A stretch of DNA of 64,000 bases from NCBI GenBank assembly GCA_040222475.1, contig JAVKDB010000023.1:41170-105169 (forward strand). Direction: 5' to 3'. The stretch comes from Cyclobacteriaceae bacterium (lineage in GTDB: Bacteria; Bacteroidota; Bacteroidia; Cytophagales; Cyclobacteriaceae). Under the pieces are notes generated by a model that saw nothing but the letters and a program-made list of their open reading frames with translations, had not been told where the DNA came from and made no database searches. Made by a program: the position numbers and the translations under genes. Shown piece after piece: positions 16,848 through 26,030 of the stretch (position 1 is its first letter; each line of letters opens with the position of its first letter).

Positions 16848-17882
16848 ATGAGCGACTCGACCCAAAAGAAAAAGCCCCTTATCGGAATCACCATAGGTGA
16901 CATCAATGGCATTGGACCTGAAGTTATCATTAAAGCCCTTGAAGATTCTAGGATTGTAAACCATTTTATCCCGGTGATCTATGGGTCGGCCAGGGTTATT
17001 TCGTTTTACAGAAAAGTACTTGATAAAGAAGAATTCGACTATTTTCAGATTCAAACCGTCGAAAAAGTGCATCATAAAAAAGTCAATGTGCTTAATGTCT
17101 GGGATGAGGAAATTGAAATTAATCCAGGGAAGGCCAACGAGACCGGGGGGAAATACGCACGAATAGCGCTGGAAAAAGCGACAGATGATTTGAAATCAGG
17201 GAAGATTCACGCTATCACCACAGCACCATTAAGTAAAGAGCTTGTTCAAAGCGACTCGTTCAAATTTCCGGGTCATACCGAGTTCCTTACTCAGCAGGAT
17301 GAGGCAAAAGACAGCCTGATGCTTTTATGTCATGAAGATTTAAGAGTTGGGGTAGTAACCGGTCACATTCCCCTCAAAAAGGTCAGTTCTTCAATTACCC
17401 AGGAAAGAATTACCTCCAAGCTGAAGATTATGATTAAGTCGCTTCAAAAGGATTTTGGAATTAAAAAACCCAGAGTAGCTTTACTTGGAATCAATCCACA
17501 TGCCGGTGAAAATGGTTTGTTGGGTGACGAAGAACAAAAAATCATCGAACCGGTTATCAACCAGTTTAAAAATGAGCACCACCTTGTTTTCGGGCCGTTT
17601 CCTTCTGATGGATTCTTTGGCATGGCGAGCCAGAAAAATTTTGATGGTGTTCTTGCCATGTACCATGATCAGGGATTAATTCCTTTTAAAACCCTCGCAT
17701 TCGATTCAGGTGTGAATTACACAGCCGGATTATCCTTTATCAGAACATCACCGGATCATGGAACCGCCTTTGCAATTGCAGGGAAAAACGAAGCAGACCC
17801 GGTCTCCTTCCGGAATGCCCTTTATCTTGCGAATGACATCATACGCCAACGAAGGGAAAATGAATTCGACACAGAAGCTTAA
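16848..17882 (+). CDS. pdxA: 4-hydroxythreonine-4-phosphate dehydrogenase PdxA
   Basis: 344 aa. GDINGIGPEV, FPGHTEFL, LGINPHAGENG and SPDHGTAF motifs. Confidence 0.92.
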   Translation: MSDSTQKKKPLIGITIGDINGIGPEVIIKALEDSRIVNHFIPVIYGSARVISFYRKVLDKEEFDYFQIQTVEKVHHKKVNVLNVWDEEIEINPGKANETGGKYARIALEKATDDLKSGKIHAITTAPLSKELVQSDSFKFPGHTEFLTQQDEAKDSLMLLCHEDLRVGVVTGHIPLKKVSSSITQERITSKLKIMIKSLQKDFGIKKPRVALLGINPHAGENGLLGDEEQKIIEPVINQFKNEHHLVFGPFPSDGFFGMASQKNFDGVLAMYHDQGLIPFKTLAFDSGVNYTAGLSFIRTSPDHGTAFAIAGKNEADPVSFRNALYLANDIIRQRRENEFDTEA

Positions 17883-17922
17883 AGGAAACTTCATAAATCT
17901 TTCATAGTCTGGTTATTCTATC

Positions 17923-17930
17923 TAAATTTG
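17923..17930 (+). promoter_or_regulatory. -7 box TAAATTTG (putative promoter of yceD-rpmF-fabH)
   Basis: Exact TAnnTTTG match 28 nt upstream of the ATG at 17958. Confidence 0.4.
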
Positions 17931-17957
17931 CGGTTCTTTATCGGGAGGTGAGCAGAA

Positions 17958-18470
17958 ATGAAAAATTCAAGGCGTTATAAAATCGAGATTTTTGGCCTTA
18001 GCAATGATGCTCATCAGTTTAGTTTTGAGTACGACGAATCGTTTTTCTCAGAGTTTGAAAACAGCCTGATAATCAGGGGCAATGGCACCTGTAATGTTGA
18101 TTTAGTGAAATCTGACTCAATGCTGGACCTTACTTTGAAGGTTACAGGATTCATTGAGTTAACCTGTGACAGAAGTCTGGATACGTTTGATTATCCAATT
18201 AGCTTCAGACAGGAAATTATTTACAAATATGGTGATGAAGAGAAAGAGCTGAGTGAAAACGTATTTGTGGTGCCAAAAAACACACAGGAAATCAACATTA
18301 GTAATTTTTTATATGAGTACATCTCGCTTGAGGTTCCGATGAAAAAACTTCATCCTCGATTCGAAAACGACGAAGACTCAGATGAGTTGATTTATTCTTC
18401 AAAAGAGGAGAACGAATCAACGGAAAGGACCGACCCGAGATGGGAGGCACTAAAGAAACTAAAAAAATAG
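17958..18470 (+). CDS. YceD/DUF177 family protein (large-subunit ribosomal protein L32 accumulation factor family)
   Basis: 170 aa with acidic C-terminus, in the conserved position immediately upstream of rpmF. Confidence 0.8.
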   Translation: MKNSRRYKIEIFGLSNDAHQFSFEYDESFFSEFENSLIIRGNGTCNVDLVKSDSMLDLTLKVTGFIELTCDRSLDTFDYPISFRQEIIYKYGDEEKELSENVFVVPKNTQEINISNFLYEYISLEVPMKKLHPRFENDEDSDELIYSSKEENESTERTDPRWEALKKLKK

Positions 18471-18520
18471 GAAGGTTTTCTTCCTTAAAAAGAAAAACTG
18501 ATAAATAAGAAAGAAAGAAG

Positions 18521-18712
18521 ATGGCGCATCCAAAACGGAAAATTTCCAAAACCAGACGGGATAAGAGAAGAACACATTACAAAGCAACTCCCAAAAGCTA
18601 TGTAATTTGCCCGACGACCGGCGAGCCGCACCTGCCTCACAGAGCATTCTGGCATGAGGGGAAACTCTATTACAAGGGAAAAGTTGTAATGGAGAAAGAA
18701 GTGTTAGCTTAA
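18521..18712 (+). CDS. rpmF: 50S ribosomal protein L32
   Basis: 63 aa. [21 protein letters not shown] is the canonical L32 N-terminus. Confidence 0.92.
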   Translation: MAHPKRKISKTRRDKRRTHYKATPKSYVICPTTGEPHLPHRAFWHEGKLYYKGKVVMEKEVLA

Positions 18713-18722
18713 GCTAAGCTAA

Positions 18723-19721
18723 ATGTCACGAATACAGGCTGCAATTACCGGAGTTCACGGGTATGTCCCTGAGGATATCCTCACAAATAAGGATCTTGAA
18801 TCAATGGTTGATACCAACGACGAATGGATTACCAGCAGAACCGGAATTAAGGAGCGACATATTCTGAAAGGAGAAAATCAGGGTACTTCTGTTATCGGTG
18901 TGAAGGCCCTTGAAGGACTTCTTAAAAAGACTAATACCAAGCCGGAAGAAATCGATTTGATTATCTGCGCAACCACAACCCCGGATATGGTATTTCCAGC
19001 AACAGCAAATATCATCGCCAACAAGGTCGGAGCTGTGAACGCCTTCGGGTATGACCTTCAGGCCGCCTGTTCAGGTTTCATTTATGCACTTACCACGGGT
19101 TCACAGTTTATTGAAACCGGAAAATATAAAAAGGTAGTAGTCATTGGTGCTGACAAAATGTCTTCAATCGTTGATTATACAGATCGGGCTACCTGCATCA
19201 TATTCGGAGATGGAGGTGGTGCAATAATGCTGGAACCAACTGAAGAAGGGGTCGGTATCATGGATTCTATCTTAAAGTCTGACGGGTCTGGTGAGCCTTA
19301 CCTTCACATGAAAGCCGGAGGAAGCAGACGTCCTGCAACGGAAGAAACAGTCAAAAACAGGGAGCACTTCGCTTATCAGGAGGGCTCAATGGTGTTCAAA
19401 TTTGCAGTGAAAAACATGGCAGATGTTGCGGCTCAGGTAATGGAAAGAAATAATCTGTCAGGTGATGATATTGCCTATCTGGTTCCACACCAGGCTAATA
19501 AGCGAATTATTGATGCCACAGCACGAAGAATGGATGTTAGCGATGAAAAGGTGATGCTGAACATTCACAAGTACGGAAATACCACCAGCGGAACCATTCC
19601 ATTATGTCTTCACGACTATGAGCACAAACTAAAGAAAGGGGACAATCTGATTCTGGCGGCATTCGGAGGAGGATTTACATGGGGCGCCATTTGGATAAAA
19701 TGGGCATACGATCCTAAATAA
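18723..19721 (+). CDS. fabH: 3-oxoacyl-ACP synthase III FabH
   Basis: 332 aa. Active-site AACSGF, HQAN and GNTTSGTIP motifs. Confidence 0.92.
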   Translation: MSRIQAAITGVHGYVPEDILTNKDLESMVDTNDEWITSRTGIKERHILKGENQGTSVIGVKALEGLLKKTNTKPEEIDLIICATTTPDMVFPATANIIANKVGAVNAFGYDLQAACSGFIYALTTGSQFIETGKYKKVVVIGADKMSSIVDYTDRATCIIFGDGGGAIMLEPTEEGVGIMDSILKSDGSGEPYLHMKAGGSRRPATEETVKNREHFAYQEGSMVFKFAVKNMADVAAQVMERNNLSGDDIAYLVPHQANKRIIDATARRMDVSDEKVMLNIHKYGNTTSGTIPLCLHDYEHKLKKGDNLILAAFGGGFTWGAIWIKWAYDPK

Positions 19722-19737
19722 CAAACTTTAAAAAATC

Positions 19738-20301
19738 ATGGCTACTACTTCTGATATTAAGAATGGGCTGGTTATTGAATTTAATCATGACCTGTTTAGT
19801 GTGGTTGAATTCCAACATGTAAAACCAGGAAAGGGTCCTGCTTTTGTAAGGACGAAACTGAAAAGTATTACTACCGGAAAAGTAATTGACAATACTTTTT
19901 CAGCCGGGCACAAGATTACCACAGCACGTGTCGAGAGACGTCCCTATCAATTCTTATACAAGGATGATATCGGATACCATTTTATGGATACCAATACCTA
20001 TGAGCAAATAGCAATCGAGGAATCATTGATTAATGCACCAAAGTTTCTGAAAGACGGACAGGAAGTAGACATTCTGTTTCACGCAGAAGAAGAAAAGGTG
20101 CTTGGATGTGAACTTCCACAGCATGTAACCATGAAAATTGTTTATGCCGAACCAGGGGTCAAAGGCAACACAGCTACTAACGCAACAAAAAATGCAGAAA
20201 CAGAAACAGGAGCAACCATTCAGGTTCCTCTATTCATTGAACAGGACGAAGTAGTAAAGATTAGTACAGTTGATGGTTCATATGTCGAACGAGTCAAATA
20301 A
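19738..20301 (+). CDS. efp: translation elongation factor P
   Basis: 187 aa. FQHVKPGKGPAFVRTKLK is the signature EF-P loop. Confidence 0.95.
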   Translation: MATTSDIKNGLVIEFNHDLFSVVEFQHVKPGKGPAFVRTKLKSITTGKVIDNTFSAGHKITTARVERRPYQFLYKDDIGYHFMDTNTYEQIAIEESLINAPKFLKDGQEVDILFHAEEEKVLGCELPQHVTMKIVYAEPGVKGNTATNATKNAETETGATIQVPLFIEQDEVVKISTVDGSYVERVK

Positions 20302-20398
20302 TTTTAAATCAGAATCAATTTTCCACATCTAAAGTCAACCATAATTTTTTTTATAATACCTTAGTTCATAAGAGATATCTTTTATCAACAATTAACCT

Positions 20399-20854
20399 AT
20401 GAAGGCTAAAGAAATTCAAGAACTTATAAACTTCCTTTCTGATTCAGGTCTTGAGGAAGTCAACATCGAAACCGAGGATTTTAAGGTGAGCATTAAAAGG
20501 TCCGCTGAACAACGTGTAGTTGCTTCAGCTCCGGCAGCTGTTCAGGCTGCCCCTGCTCCTGTGGCAGCAGCTCCTGCACCACCTTCCACGGAGAGTGGAT
20601 CAGCAGATTCGAACCTTATTGAAATCAAATCTCCAATGATCGGAACGTTTTACCGCTCAGCAAATCCGGAATCTCCGGCTTTTGTTGAGGTTGGAAGCAC
20701 AGTAAAACCAGGAGATCCCGTATGCATTATTGAGGCAATGAAACTGTTTAATGAAATAGAATCAGAGGTTTCAGGAAAAATTGTAAAAGTGCTTATTGAC
20801 AATTCACAGCCAGTTGAATACGATCAGCCACTATTCCTTGTCGACCCATCTTAA
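20399..20854 (+). CDS. accB: acetyl-CoA carboxylase biotin carboxyl carrier protein
   Basis: 151 aa. Ala/Pro linker and biotinylation motif [10 protein letters not shown]. Confidence 0.92.
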   Translation: MKAKEIQELINFLSDSGLEEVNIETEDFKVSIKRSAEQRVVASAPAAVQAAPAPVAAAPAPPSTESGSADSNLIEIKSPMIGTFYRSANPESPAFVEVGSTVKPGDPVCIIEAMKLFNEIESEVSGKIVKVLIDNSQPVEYDQPLFLVDPS

Positions 20855-20866
20855 ACCCCTCATTTG

Positions 20867-22210
20867 ATGTTTAGTAAGATTTTAATTGCCAATAGAGGCG
20901 AAATAGCACTACGAATTATTCGTACCTGCAAAGAAATGGGAATCAAGACAGTGGCGGTTTATTCCACCGCTGACGCTGAGAGTCTGCATGTAAGATTTGC
21001 TGACGAAGCGGTTTGTATCGGGCCTCCTCCAAGTAAAGAATCTTATCTCAACATTCCCCGAATTATTTCCGCAGCTGAAGTAACAAACGCAGATGCTATT
21101 CATCCGGGATATGGATTTCTTGCAGAGAACGCAGAGTTTTCAAAAGTATGTGAGGAATATAAAATCAAATTCATTGGCGCCAGTGAGCAAATGATTAATA
21201 GCATGGGTGACAAGGCTACCGCCAAAGCAACCATGGAAAAAGCAGGAGTTCCTACCATTCCGGGATCCAAAGGACTTCTGGAATCGGTAAAAGAAGGGAA
21301 GGACATTGCCAAAAAAATGGGATATCCTGTGATGCTAAAAGCAACTGCAGGAGGTGGCGGAAAGGGAATGCGCTTTGTTAAGAGCGAAGATGATTTTCAG
21401 AAAGCCTGGGATGATGCAAGACAGGAAGCAGGTGCCGCATTTGGAAATGATGGTCTTTACATGGAAAAATTCGTGGAAGAGCCAAGGCATGTTGAAATTC
21501 AGATTGTAGGCGACAAGAATGGAAAAGCCTGTCACTTATCAGAAAGAGACTGCTCAATTCAGAGAAGACATCAAAAGCTTCTTGAAGAGACACCCTCACC
21601 AGTCCTTACACAGGAACTAAGGGAAAAAATGGGTCAGGCTGCCGTAAAAGGTGCTGAAGCCATTAAATATGAAGGTGCAGGTACGGTCGAATTTCTTGTG
21701 GACAAGCACGGAGATTTTTATTTCATGGAAATGAACACTCGTATTCAGGTAGAGCATCCTATTACGGAAGAAGTAACAGATTACGATCTGATCAAAGAGC
21801 AAATTAAAGTAGCTGCCGGCGAGGTGATTTCGGGTAGGAATTATTATCCACAATTGCATTCAATTGAGTGCAGGATTAACGCTGAAGATCCATCGAATGA
21901 TTTCAGGCCAAGTCCCGGTAAGATCACGAATCTACATCTCCCTGGAGGACACGGAATTCGTATTGACAGTCATGTTTACGCAGGCTATACCATTCCACCA
22001 TATTATGATTCAATGATTGCTAAATTGATTGTTACAGCACAAACAAGAGAGGAAGCAATTATTAAAATGAAACGGGCGCTCGGAGAAACTGTGATAGAAG
22101 GAATTAAAACAACTATCCCATTCCACTTAAAACTCATGGATGATGAGAAATTCAAGTCAGGAAAATTCACAACCAAATTTATGGAGACGTTTGATCTAAG
22201 TGATCTATAG
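20867..22210 (+). CDS. accC: acetyl-CoA carboxylase biotin carboxylase subunit
   Basis: [16 protein letters not shown]...; ATP-grasp [23 protein letters not shown] prefer ATG 20867 to the TTG at 20864 used by the track. Confidence 0.93.
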   Translation: MFSKILIANRGEIALRIIRTCKEMGIKTVAVYSTADAESLHVRFADEAVCIGPPPSKESYLNIPRIISAAEVTNADAIHPGYGFLAENAEFSKVCEEYKIKFIGASEQMINSMGDKATAKATMEKAGVPTIPGSKGLLESVKEGKDIAKKMGYPVMLKATAGGGGKGMRFVKSEDDFQKAWDDARQEAGAAFGNDGLYMEKFVEEPRHVEIQIVGDKNGKACHLSERDCSIQRRHQKLLEETPSPVLTQELREKMGQAAVKGAEAIKYEGAGTVEFLVDKHGDFYFMEMNTRIQVEHPITEEVTDYDLIKEQIKVAAGEVISGRNYYPQLHSIECRINAEDPSNDFRPSPGKITNLHLPGGHGIRIDSHVYAGYTIPPYYDSMIAKLIVTAQTREEAIIKMKRALGETVIEGIKTTIPFHLKLMDDEKFKSGKFTTKFMETFDLSDL

Positions 22211-22760
22211 CTTTTTTCTCTAACTCATTGTACCAGGCTTCCCCATATTTTCTTATTAAAGCCTCTTTGAGAAATTTATAGACAGGCACCTTAAGTTCCT
22301 GACCCAAATCACACGCCGGTGAGCAAATTTTCCATCGATCATAGTTGAGTGCTTCAAATTCAGGAAGTTTTGAAACTCGTATCGGGTAGAGGTGACAAGA
22401 AATGGGTTTCCTGAAGTCCGTTTTACCCTCTTTATGTGCCTGCTCAATGGAACATTTTAGGATATTCCTTTCATCATAAAAAGCAAAAGCACATTCTTTA
22501 TTATCAATGGTCGATGTTGAATATTCTCCATCCTCATCCAGGATATACCCTCCCTCTTTATCTAAGATTACAACAGCTTCCTTAGATAAATAAGGTTTTA
22601 CAAGATCAATGACCTCATCCAGAAGCCGAAGTTCTTCTTTTAAAACAGGAGCACCCAGATCCCCTTCCACACAACAGGCCCCTTTGCATTTATTCAAATC
22701 ACAGACAAACGCTTCCTCAATTACATCATCTGATATCAACGTGCTTCCTAATTCAATCAT
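22179..22760 (-). CDS. DUF3109-like Cys-rich protein
   Basis: 193 aa. CKGACC and further Cys clusters, as recalled for the Bacteroidota DUF3109 family. Its 3' end overlaps the accC 3' end by 32 nt (convergent). Confidence 0.7.
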   Translation of the reverse strand: MIELGSTLISDDVIEEAFVCDLNKCKGACCVEGDLGAPVLKEELRLLDEVIDLVKPYLSKEAVVILDKEGGYILDEDGEYSTSTIDNKECAFAFYDERNILKCSIEQAHKEGKTDFRKPISCHLYPIRVSKLPEFEALNYDRWKICSPACDLGQELKVPVYKFLKEALIRKYGEAWYNELEKKAIDHLDQTSP

Positions 22761-22853
22761 ATTGCAAATTTTTGCAAAAAAAGTGAACCATTCTCAATAG
22801 TATTCGTTTTCTTTACACCATTATATGTAGGTACATACAAATTATAAACAATC

Positions 22854-23423
22854 ATGATTAAAGCATTTATCATTTTCGCAGTACTATTTAGCGGTGAAGC
22901 TAAAGAAGTCAAAGTAAATACTGAGGCCAGTGTTATTAAGTGGACAGGGTCCAAAATTGTTGGAAACAGTCACACAGGAACCATTGCACTTAAAAGCGGG
23001 TCTCTGGATATCACAGGTGGAAAACTTAAAGGGGGTTCATTTGTTGTAGACATGACAACTCTTACTGACACTGACTTGTCAGGAAATATGAAAGGTAAAC
23101 TGGAAGGGCACCTAAAATCTGATGACTTCTTTGGAGTTGAAACCTATCCAACTGCCGAGTTTGTTATCACCAAAGTAAAGTCTGCCGGTGAAGGAGCATA
23201 TGACGTTACAGGAGACATCACAATCAAAGGGAAGACAGAGTCTATTTCATTCTCAACCACACTCAATGAGAAAGATGGCGGGTACGAAGCGGTAGCTTCC
23301 ATATCAGTGGACAGATCAAAATTTGATGTGAGATATGGCTCAGATACGTTCTTCGACAATCTTGGAGACAAGGCAATCAGCAATGAATTCAAGCTGGAAG
23401 TAACCCTGGTTACCGGTGACTAA
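22854..23423 (+). CDS. YceI-family periplasmic lipid/polyisoprenoid-binding protein
   Basis: 189 aa. Signal peptide, then the HTG...LKGGSF.VDM..L....L..HLKSDDFF..E.YP.A.F pattern of YceI. Confidence 0.85.
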   Translation: MIKAFIIFAVLFSGEAKEVKVNTEASVIKWTGSKIVGNSHTGTIALKSGSLDITGGKLKGGSFVVDMTTLTDTDLSGNMKGKLEGHLKSDDFFGVETYPTAEFVITKVKSAGEGAYDVTGDITIKGKTESISFSTTLNEKDGGYEAVASISVDRSKFDVRYGSDTFFDNLGDKAISNEFKLEVTLVTGD

Positions 23424-23442
23424 GTTTTAGGAAAATTATTTC

Positions 23443-23476
23443 AAGCCATTCCGTTTTTTCGGAATGGCTTTTTTTT
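23443..23476 (+). terminator. rho-independent terminator of yceI
   Basis: AAGCCATTCCG (23443-23453), 6-nt loop, CGGAATGGCTT (23460-23470), then TTTTTT. Confidence 0.85.
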
Positions 23477-23563
23477 GCAATTTTTTTACCAAATAATCCT
23501 ACTATTATGATTTTAGTTATATAAATTCACAGAATTATTATAAGCCATTAACCACACTTAACC

Positions 23564-23725
23564 ATGAGTCTTTTTAGCAAAATATTAGGTAAAAAATCAG
23601 AATTCACGTTGCGATACAACAAAGCAGAAACGCAATGGCAGGTTTACCGGGAGAAGCAGTTGCTATACGTGGGTACAAAACAACTCTGTGAAAGATTTAT
23701 TCAGAATTCGATGCAACTGAGCTAA
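23564..23725 (+). CDS. small protein, family member A (53 aa)
   Basis: Below the track cutoff. MSLFSKILGKKSEFTLRYNKAETQWQVYREKQLLYVGTKQLCERFIQNSMQLS. Shares an identically spaced core with 23846-24022 and 40133-40291. Confidence 0.5.
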   Translation: MSLFSKILGKKSEFTLRYNKAETQWQVYREKQLLYVGTKQLCERFIQNSMQLS

Positions 23726-23845
23726 ATGTAGCCAATGGCTATATTGCAATATCGACAGTTAGTAAACCTCCAACTATTCAATAGAGTCCCCCATCGAATT
23801 TTTCCAAATCTGTCTTTTTTATGATAGATATTGAAGAAAAAAAAG

Positions 23846-24022
23846 ATGAATCTATTTAAGAATTTATTTGGTCGCACCCATAAAACCGGATTGAAAATGC
23901 GTTTCAGTAAATCAGAAGGTGAATGGCAGGTATTAAGAAATACCACGATCATTTATTTAGGCCAAAAGAATGATTGTCTTCATTTCATGGATATGCAATT
24001 AATGATGGCTAAGAAGCACTAA
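23846..24022 (+). CDS. small protein, family member B (58 aa)
   Basis: MNLFKNLFGRTHKTGLKMRFSKSEGEWQVLRNTTIIYLGQKNDCLHFMDMQLMMAKKH. The track starts it at TTG 23831; the ATG at 23846 aligns with the paralogs. Confidence 0.5.
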   Translation: MNLFKNLFGRTHKTGLKMRFSKSEGEWQVLRNTTIIYLGQKNDCLHFMDMQLMMAKKH

Positions 24023-24025
24023 TAT

Positions 24026-25057
24026 TTAGAAATGCTTCCAGCCCTGTGCTGTTAATTCCACCACGTTGTTATTACGGGTAACAAACGTTTTACCCTTATC
24101 CTTCGCCTGCATATACCCAATGGTATGTATGTCCTCATGGTTTTTGATTTTCTCAAAATCATCCTGACCAATTGTAAATAGAAGCTCGTAATCTTCACCA
24201 CCATTTAATGCACATGCATTTGGGTCTATACTAAATTCAGCTGCAGTTTCATATGCCTGTTTATCTATAGGTAACTTATCCTCATAGATGGCGACACCTA
24301 ATCCCGATTGTTTGCAGATATGAAAAATATCGGAGGTCAATCCATCCGAAACATCAATCATCGACGTTGGTACAATTCCTAATTCAGCAAATTCATGGAT
24401 AACATCCACTCTTGCTTTTGGTCTCAGCTGTCTGCCAACGACATACTCATAATCATCAAGTTTCGGCTGCATGTCAGGGTTTGCCAAATATTCCTGTTTC
24501 TCACGTTCCATCACCTGGAGTCCGACATAAGCAGCCCCCAGGTCTCCGGTTACACACACAATATCTCCCTCCATAGCCTGACTTCTGTAAACCACTTTTT
24601 CCTTTGCCACTTGACCAATCATGGTAACTGAGATTACCAGCCCGGCTCCTGATGAAGTTGTATCCCCTCCAATCAGGTCAATCTTATATTCTGTGCATGC
24701 TGCTCTGATTCCTTCATATAATAATTCAACCGCTTCAACAGAAAACCGATTGCTAAGGCCTAAGCTTACGGTCGCCTGGGTTGGAATTCCGTTCATTGCC
24801 GCAATATCAGAAGCATTTACCGCTATTGATTTGTAACCCAAATGCTGCAATGGGACATAAGAAAGATCAAAATGTGGCCCTTCCAAAAGCATATCAGTCG
24901 TCACCAGAGTGTAGTGATCCCCTGTATCAATAACTGCCGCATCGTCTCCTATTCCCTTAACAGTTTTTGGATTGGATGACTCAAAATTATCTGCAAGCCT
25001 TTCAATAAGACCAAATTCCCCAAGTTCACCTATTTCAGTTCTTTTCTCTTCGCTCAT
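24026..25057 (-). CDS. thiL: thiamine-monophosphate kinase ThiL
   Basis: 343 aa. GIGDDAAV, AIR-synthase-like fold motifs (GGDT, SDGL). Confidence 0.9.
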   Translation of the reverse strand: MSEEKRTEIGELGEFGLIERLADNFESSNPKTVKGIGDDAAVIDTGDHYTLVTTDMLLEGPHFDLSYVPLQHLGYKSIAVNASDIAAMNGIPTQATVSLGLSNRFSVEAVELLYEGIRAACTEYKIDLIGGDTTSSGAGLVISVTMIGQVAKEKVVYRSQAMEGDIVCVTGDLGAAYVGLQVMEREKQEYLANPDMQPKLDDYEYVVGRQLRPKARVDVIHEFAELGIVPTSMIDVSDGLTSDIFHICKQSGLGVAIYEDKLPIDKQAYETAAEFSIDPNACALNGGEDYELLFTIGQDDFEKIKNHEDIHTIGYMQAKDKGKTFVTRNNNVVELTAQGWKHF

Positions 25058-25141
25058 AATTCTTTGTTCTCTATAGGAAATCCAATACTGCGCCCGGATG
25101 ACACATTTAATTCAAAGATTTGACCCGTTAACTCTTAACTA

Positions 25142-25543
25142 CTATATTTCCTGACACAATTCAACCAATACTCCATTAGCTGATTTTGGATGTACAAAGC
25201 ACACGAGTTTGTTATCAGCACCTTTAAACACTTCCGGTCTGGTGAATTGAAATCCTTCTTTTTGAAGTCTTTCCAACTCCGCATGAATATCTTCTACTTC
25301 AAAAGCGATATGGTGGATGCCTTCACCCCTCTTTTCTATAAACTTAGCAATCGAGCTCTGCTCACCAGTTGCTGAAAGAAATTCGATTTTTGTTTCTCCG
25401 ACTTTAAAAAAAGAAGTGTCTACCTGTTCTGATTCAACCGATTCCATTTTGTAAGGAGGCTGTCCAAACAGCTTTTCATACACTTCATTCACTGCTGACA
25501 GATCCCTGACTGCTATCCCGATATGCTCAACGTTTTTCCACAT
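25142..25543 (-). CDS. mce: methylmalonyl-CoA epimerase (VOC/glyoxalase fold)
   Basis: From ATG 25543: MWKNVEHIGIAV...GEGIHHIAFEV...FVHPKSANGVLVELCQ. The track's upstream TTG extension is dropped. Confidence 0.8.
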   Translation of the reverse strand: MWKNVEHIGIAVRDLSAVNEVYEKLFGQPPYKMESVESEQVDTSFFKVGETKIEFLSATGEQSSIAKFIEKRGEGIHHIAFEVEDIHAELERLQKEGFQFTRPEVFKGADNKLVCFVHPKSANGVLVELCQEI

Positions 25544-25559
25544 TGTGTCTTTCTCTTTA

Positions 25560-25567
25560 TAACTTTG
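25560..25567 (+). promoter_or_regulatory. -7 box TAACTTTG (putative promoter of 25623-26359)
   Basis: Exact TAnnTTTG match 56 nt upstream of the ATG at 25623. Confidence 0.35.
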
Positions 25568-25622
25568 CAAAAATGCGGAACTTTAGCTGCACTGAAAAAG
25601 TTGTTGCACTATAAAGTGAGAA

Positions 25623-26030
25623 ATGGAAATAAGAACGGACATACATGTTGAGTCGGCAAAAATTCAAAACGAGATCATGAACTTTCTCGGCCTGAGGACG
25701 GATGAACTCATGTTTGAATATTCTTCAACTGACGGTAAAACGAAACTGGATTTGATAACCATTAATCCAAGACATAATCAATCTTTCCTTTTCAAGACCA
25801 TAACAGGTTTTGACAAAGCTGATGTCCTTCATAAAATGCTGGATTATGTTCGAACCCACAAAGACAAGGAAAGTTCTTTTACCATTCAATGGATGATGAA
25901 AGGCATGCATGAGCTGCAAACTTCCTATTTCCGAGCCAAAAACATGTATGATGCCATGGATAAATTGTACTACGGTCGAGACATGAACAATCTCACACTT
26001 TTTAGCATTGTACTAAACCCTGTTGCCTGA
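25623..26030 (+). CDS. hypothetical protein (135 aa) coupled to the Fe-S carrier gene
   Basis: Clean ORF. Its stop overlaps the next start by 1 nt (TGATG). No motif recognised. Confidence 0.6.
   Translation: MEIRTDIHVESAKIQNEIMNFLGLRTDELMFEYSSTDGKTKLDLITINPRHNQSFLFKTITGFDKADVLHKMLDYVRTHKDKESSFTIQWMMKGMHELQTSYFRAKNMYDAMDKLYYGRDMNNLTLFSIVLNPVA

Noticed and set aside
22757-22954. 65-aa minus-strand ORF overlapping the yceI 5' end and the divergent intergenic region.
   Set aside because: It has no motifs, overlaps a well-supported gene start and is likely spurious.
23722-23952. 76-aa minus-strand ORF spanning the gap between small ORFs A and B.
   Set aside because: It has no motif or paralog support, and it overlaps the plus-strand ORF B, which does have paralog support.
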